Below, piece after piece: positions 57,441 to 64,000 of a stretch of 64,000 bases of DNA; positions within the stretch are counted from its first letter, which is position 1, and the number at the start of each line of letters is the position of its first letter. The position numbers and the translations under genes are program-made. The stretch is from Chrysomallon squamiferum (lineage: Eukaryota; Animalia; Mollusca): contig CM022674.1 in NCBI GenBank assembly GCA_012295275.1, positions 558,001-622,000 of the forward strand. The letters run 5' to 3'. The notes beneath the pieces are model-generated. The model made no database searches, was not told the origin of the DNA, and worked only from the letters and a program-made list of their open reading frames with translations.

Positions 57441-58589
57441 TACTCGGGGCCGGCGACCCCATACAGGCAACTAGGAAGCATTTCTCTAAATCAGTAACAG
57501 TTTTGAAAAATATTTTTATCCTCGTTTATTTCATACAGGGACAAATAACCGGGTAGATTCAGGCTGACCGAAACAAGCAAAATGAGGGAGTGAAAATCGC
57601 GCGTACACGAAACTTTAAATAACTAATTATGTTCGCGTGTTTTTATAGGCCTCGAAGTCTTAGGTATACGAAACCTTCAGTTTGCCGAGGAAATCAAACT
57701 GATTGAAGTGACTGCTTATTTCAGTGGTACACACGAGGAAAGAAATGGCCTGTGTGGAACAATTAAAGGTTCGTGGCATAAAAATCTTGCCTCTAGAGAT
57801 CTCGTAGGATGCTGAAAATAAATGTTTTCAAAATCACTGCAGGCGCAATTCTTCTGTAAATGAAAATGTTATCGAAAGATAAGACTTTAAACGTGTCATT
57901 TCTGCCGAAATCATATTAACAGTTGACTTATCAAAAGTCTGATGTGTTTATTAATTTTTTACAAAAACAGTTAGATAGTTATCAGTCTTTACTAGTTCCA
58001 TTTGTATTTTAAATCTTCATGAAATTAATAACACATTAATTAATAACCGCATTTAGGAGTTTGAAACGGCAGATTGTAATTATCAACATTTCGTCTTATT
58101 TTTATTCAGATTTTTTTTTTTTTTTAAATTATTTTCGTTTGGTTTTTTTTTTTTTTTTTTTAGTTATTATTCCTTATGAAAAAATGTTCTGTACGTCGTC
58201 CTCTACATTGGATATTTTGTGAATATTCACGTGGATTTACAGTCAAGGCCATTTATTTCAGACATAAAATACATCCGACACGAAACAAGTCACTACATGG
58301 GCCAATAATTTCAAATACGTCAGTTCAGATAAAACTGCTAAATAATTAAGTATACTAATTACTGAATATTCCATTTGTTATATTAATGTAGTTTTATAAT
58401 TAAACAGATTATAAATGCAAGCAAATTATGAGGTATTTTACATTTGAAATTGTGTGTCAGTACAAATTTAATTAGTATAAAACTGCATTTGAAGAAACGA
58501 AAGTTTACGAAAACTCCCGATTTAACGAGTTTTATACACTGACTGGTACACAACGTTGCTTATATGTGGAACATACAGCTAAATACCAG

Positions 58590-58759
58590 TAGAATAAATC
58601 ACGTGAACTATTTTTGTCCAATAAAAAACGATCGTAGTCGTAATCATGTGTTTACCAGGAAAAGAAGGCGTAAAGTTTTCACCTTCGGTTTCAATAAAAT
58701 AACTTTTTCTGCGTTTTCATTAATTTAGATCGATAAGACGTTTGAAACAGAACGTAAGT
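58590..58759 (+). promoter_or_regulatory. Candidate promoter and non-coding first exon of the repeat-protein gene
   Basis: CpG-rich patch with TCACGTGA (58599), CCAAT (58618) and ATCGATA (58729), ending in the consensus donor AAC|GTAAGT (58754). CpG becomes scarce downstream. Confidence 0.5.
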
Positions 58760-58930
58760 GCAATTTTACATTGTTTTTCTAATCACTTATAGGTCTATCA
58801 AGAAGAATATAAAGTAACTATAAATTATAATTTTAATATGATATTTCGCTGTTACAGTTTTAAATCAACATTTCTCAGTAGATATTTTAATAAATATTTT
58901 GCTTCAATATGTTATTCTGACGATATTCCA

Positions 58931-58965
<35 letters not shown>

Positions 58966-59365
58966 CTTTATGGAAAAACTGGATAGAACAAAACAGTTTC
59001 CAAACAATTATTTCACGAATAACTTATGAATTAAAATATGTATAAATAATTTTCCTGTCTGTAAATTATTTTCCATATATTCAGAGTTAGTTATTCTGAA
59101 AATTTTAATTAAGGAAGCAGTATACAGGAGAATGATGAAATTGAACTATCAAACATACACATTAATTTTTTAGAAGAGTAAAGTAACTTATTTGCCAATC
59201 AAATGTTGAGCAATTATAATGACATTTATGGTACATAATTATTGTTGATATAATTTTTTTTTTTTTTTTTTTATAATATATTTTTAAGACAAATAAAGAT
59301 ATATAACAGATATACTGATTATTACGTTAATAACTAATTGACTTAAACATAACAAATACATATAA

Positions 59366-59407
<42 letters not shown>

Positions 59408-59678
59408 ATGTGTGGATCATCAGAAAAGGTTTTTAAAACCTGAAATGACATTGTCATGTTTCCTATTTACAAACAGCCTTAGCTACCAAGGGCTTCAGCA
59501 GATTGAGTGGATGAAAATGTTTCCAAGGATGGTCCAGTATCAGAGGCCCTAGAGACACAGAGTCCCCTAATTTTCTGTACTTTTGAGTTTTATAAGAACA
59601 CAGAATCCTGTAACAAGCCAACACTTTTTTATAGTTCAGTAACATTGGTCTGCCTGGATCAATCAAGACTAATGTCAA

Positions 59679-59718
<40 letters not shown>

Positions 59719-59795
59719 TCTCTCTCTCTTAGGCATGACTGGTAATATTATTTTACAACAACATCTTAACATTTAATATTTAACATTTTATTTTA

Positions 59796-59843
<48 letters not shown>

Positions 59844-60378
59844 ATTCAAATAAAGCAATTTTTTATTTTTTTTTTTTTCTTTTTATCCTCTTTTCATGCT
59901 TTAGGTGAGGTCATCCTCCTGTGACAGTCTTTTACCTTCTTCACTTATGGATTATAAAGCAGAACATGTGTGTGTAGACATCAGTATCAAGAATCAGAGG
60001 AAAACAGTGGAAGTCTCACTTTCAGTTTGATTTATGTCAGTTTCAAATTAATAGTTTAGTACTAGAGGAATATATATTTTTTTATTTACATAGATAATAG
60101 TTTTATATAATCAGTTCACAGTACTTTAATATGCAGGTTTACACATTCTAAACAATTTTCAACCAGTTATCTTGTTCTTTTGTTACTGACTAAAATGTTG
60201 CATCACGCTAAATAAAATTTGTTGTGAATATTACTACTTCATTAAATGATATATTCTCACAAGAAAAATAGAAGATAACAAACAGAACAAACTGTAGACA
60301 GTTATATTAATTAAGTTATTTTGATGCTCAAAGAAAGAAAACAACAACATAAACAAAATAAATAAATTAATTAAAAAC

Positions 60379-60416
<38 letters not shown>

Positions 60417-60481
60417 TAAGTAAATAATAAAAAAATGTAAGGTGTGTAATTGTCTGAATTTTGTATCAACTGCAGGATGCG

Positions 60482-61802
60482 ATGGATGATAATCCATCAT
60501 CTGGAAAAGAAAATTTACAGAAGAATGAAGAGCCTCATTCAGATAAAGGCCATCAACATATGAGATATGATGGAGCACCTGATAATGCCTACAGTGTTTA
60601 TTCAATGTATCCAGGGTACCCAGGAATGTTTCCAATGCAGGCACAGGCAGGAATACATCCACTGCAGGCACAGGCAGGAATACATCCACTGCAGGCACAG
60701 GCAGGAATGTTTCCACTGCAGGCACAGGCAGGAATACATCCACTGCAGGCACAGGCATTAATGCATCCACTGCAGGCACAGGCAGGAATGTTTCCACTGC
60801 AGGCACAGGCAGGAATACATCCACTGCAGGCACAGGCAGGAATGCATCCACTGCAGGCACAGGCAGGAATGTTTCCACTGCAAGCACAGGCAGGAATACA
60901 TCCACTGCAGGCACAGGCAGGAATACATCCACTGCAAGCACAGGCAGGAATGTTTCTACTGCAGTCACAGGCAGGAATGAGTTCACCTCAGTCAAAGGCA
61001 GGAATGGATTCACCTCAGTCACAGTCAGGAATGGATCCACCTCAGTCAGAGGCAGGAATGAGTTCACCTCGGTCAAAGGCCGGAATGTTTCCATCCCAGT
61101 CAAAGGCAGGATTGCATCCACCTCAGTCAAAGTCAGGAATGGATTCACCTCAGTCACAGTCAGGAATGGATTCACCTCAGTCACAGTCAGGAATGGATTC
61201 ACCTCAGTCACAGGCAGGAATACATCCACTGCAGGCACAGGCATTAATGCATCCACTGCAGGCACAGGCAGGAATGTTTCCACTGCAGGCACAGGCAGGA
61301 ATACATCCACTGCAGGCACAGGCAGGAATGCATCCACTGCAGGCACAGGCAGGAATGTTTCCACTGCAAGCACAGGCAGGAATGCATCCACTGCAGGCAC
61401 AGGCAGGAATACATCCACTGCAAGCACAGGCAGGAATGTTTCTACTGCAGTCACAGGCAGGAATGAGTTCACCTCAGTCAAAGGCAGGAATGGATTCACC
61501 TCAGTCAGAGGCAGGAATGAGTTCACCTCGGTCAAAGGCCGGAATGTTTCCATCCCAGTCAAAGGCAGGATTGCATCCACCTCAGTCAAAGTCAGGAATG
61601 GATTCACCTCAGTCACAGTCAGGAATGGATTCACCTCAGTCACAGTCAGGAATGGATTCACCTCAGTCACAGTCAGGAATGCATCCACCTCAGTCAAAGG
61701 CAGGAATGCATCCGTCTGAAGACCCAGAAATGCAGGGTGCTAAAGCAGCTGAAATATCCAGAGATATCAGTGAGAATACTACAGAGATTGATGCTACATC
61801 CG
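60482..61802 (+). CDS. Large coding exon of an unidentified gene with an array of 40 nine-residue repeats; downstream exon(s) not resolved
   Basis: Acceptor CTGCAG ends 60475, GCGATGG start context at 60482, open frame to donor CCG|GTAAGT at 61802/61803 (phase 1). Non-repetitive, protein-like flanks on both sides of the array (MDDNPSSGKENLQKNEEPH..; ..EDPEMQGAKAAEISRDISENTTEIDATS). Confidence 0.75.
60620..61714 (+). repeat. 27-bp coding minisatellite, 40 full units, with a 486-bp higher-order duplication
   Basis: Unit GGAAT(A/G)CATCCACTGCAGGCACAGGCA and variant GGAATGGATTCACCTCAGTCACAGTCA. The unique LMHPL unit recurs at 60758 and 61244, 18 x 27 bp apart. Confidence 0.95.
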
Positions 61803-64000
61803 GTAAGTTTAGATAAAAACTGTATGTTTTCTCTTACATTAGATAGTAAGTTTATTTGAAGATATGATGTACCTACACTTTATGTGATAACAGGTGCATT
61901 ATAGCAAAAATAATAAATTAAACTATGAAATTAAGCAACTAAAATAAAACATTTGGAAAGCTGTCCAAAAAAACACAACTCCTACAACATGTCTTTTATC
62001 TCATTCTTGTTAGTTGCACAGTAAATTGTTACCATCTCATACTTTTCTAACTGACCTTTTGTTTGCTATTTATTTACTTATTTATTTTTATTGTAATGAC
62101 GATGGGCAGTTCTGTGGCTCAAGTGACATGAAGGAAAAATATGAATTTTATTATATATTTATGCAAAGTGTCAAAATCTACTCATAAAACTCCTTATTTA
62201 ATATTCTTACTGACTCATATTTGTTCCTCATTATAATGACATCAGCTTGTATCACATAATTTCAAAGATGTAACCTACTAAAAGATAGGAATAACAGGCA
62301 TCTCAAATCACCCATACTAAATTGGCTTTAACATTTCATCTCAATTTGTAATATCAGTAGGATCAGTTTAGAGAATATGGAAATTTAGAATATGTTTTTA
62401 AAGTTGGTAGCCAAAAATTATATTTAAAGCAATGTATCTAAATATTTCTGTTTAATTCTCTTAGCACTAGGCAAGGGAAAGTTAAAAGGTATATCAGTCT
62501 GTCTTGAAATTATCTGATTTGTATCTGACAGAGAAAACAAAACTGTAACGGGTTACATATGACAGGGGGAAAATGGGGTGTAGTAAAATCCATCACATAC
62601 CAACAAATCAGACAAATAGTTAGCGCTTTCAAGTCTTTCAGCACAAAGGGATGGTTCACTGTTTACCACTAGATGACATATGCCGATTATGTTCTACATA
62701 CAATTCATCAGTACTTCTTCTTGTTCATTTCCTGAGCTATTTTCAAGAAAAATCAAAGGAACTGCTTGTTTCCACTGAGGATGGACACTGTGTCACCTTC
62801 ATTCTGACAAATGATGAAATGGAAACTTGTGAAGAACTTCATCTTTCTGCTGATGAGTCCCCTACTGACATGTTAAGAGCCAATTTCCTATAAAGGTAAG
62901 GCATATTCATGATGACCATTAAGCACTGAGCTGTTACCACCTGGAAAATGACATCCTAAAGAGGACAAAATCTTCTATAGATGAAGTTGTTATCAGTTAA
63001 AGGGATCTGAAAGAAGGGCAAGTTTCCTGAACTTTTACTAATCATATAGCTTTTGAGTCACAGACACAGCAGTCCTAAACATGATGGAAGATCATGTATT
63101 AAGTTTGAATTGTCATGTGTCATTTATTTATTGAAATGAATCAATACCACATGAACTCATCTACTTTATATCACTTGCATGAAGGTTTCAATGTCATGCT
63201 TATCTGAAAATGCACCAGGAAATAAAACTGCTGGTGATGATTTGTCTGGGTTGTTTGACTTCAACTTTACATTACCTTTAGAATGATTGCAGATGAATCT
63301 GAAGGTAGCAAAGAAGCAAAGCAATTTTTTTTCTGAACTGTCAAAGAAAATATTTGAGAAAAGTTTAACATATACTTTAAAAATAGACACAAAAGTGGTG
63401 GAGATGAAATTAGTACTTTGATACAAAAAACTTACAGTTACAAATATCTTTTAAATGACATCATGACATTCAGGACAGTAAGATTAACTCAAAGGTTTTT
63501 ATCTACTGTTACAAAAATAATATATTCTAGAAATGAATGCTTTAAGAACTTTATAGGTAACTGGCACAAGTCATAATAAAATACAGCGCTATTGCTTTAT
63601 CTCATATTGGTATGTTCTTATATGTAATGTTTCAGTTACAGCTTTGGTTAGGTCCATATAAAAGTGGTCTGCTTACAAAGTTAGTCAGGTCTATTCTTTG
63701 TGCAGAATGTTGACTACATAAAATGTATAATATAGTGATATGTCAAAACATAATGTGTCAGTTTTTTATATTCCTTGCATTAAAAGGAACAAACATTGCT
63801 CATAATCAAAGAAAATATTGGAGTGAATATTTCAATATAAAATAAGGTTTATTTATTTAATTGTTGTTTTGTTTAAAACTGTATATTTTCTGTTTCACTA
63901 TTTTTATTTGAAGGTGGGGAGAAATTTATATAGTTCTGAAGCAGTAAGATATTTATTTGTTTCATTGTCAAAATAAAAGAAATCACTCAAAATAAAAAAT

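Noticed and set aside
60234-61697. 487-aa minus-strand ORF (FLPVPAVDV repeats)
   Set aside because: Antisense shadow of the 27-bp array. It runs into (ATT)n sequence, and the splice signals and unique flanks favour the plus strand.

Overview
AT-rich, microsatellite-dense animal genomic DNA with spliceosomal introns. Interstitial TTAGGG repeats and a mosaic CpG pattern suggest a non-arthropod invertebrate such as a mollusc (inference). Most ORFs in the track are simple-repeat or antisense shadows. Bases 1-39.7 kb hold no confident coding exon, only micro/minisatellites and unique CpG-retaining islands. Real genes lie in the last 24 kb. (1) A two-exon orphan 109-aa secreted protein on the minus strand (40544-39800). 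(2) A vanin/biotinidase (pantetheinase-family) cluster built as a ~8.2-8.5 kb tandem duplication of a head-to-head pair, A1(-) B1(+) A2(-) B2(+). A-type copies have a GPI-type tail, B-type copies lack it, and each spacer holds a decayed vanin relic. B1 and A2 each carry a small lesion that may be a consensus error. Shared SNPs group the inner pair against the outer pair, suggesting gene conversion. (3) A plus-strand gene whose 1.3-kb exon encodes 40 nine-residue repeats in two alternating blocks, inside a CpG-depleted region. No CRISPR array, rRNA or intact transposon ORF was seen. All alignments were made by eye.
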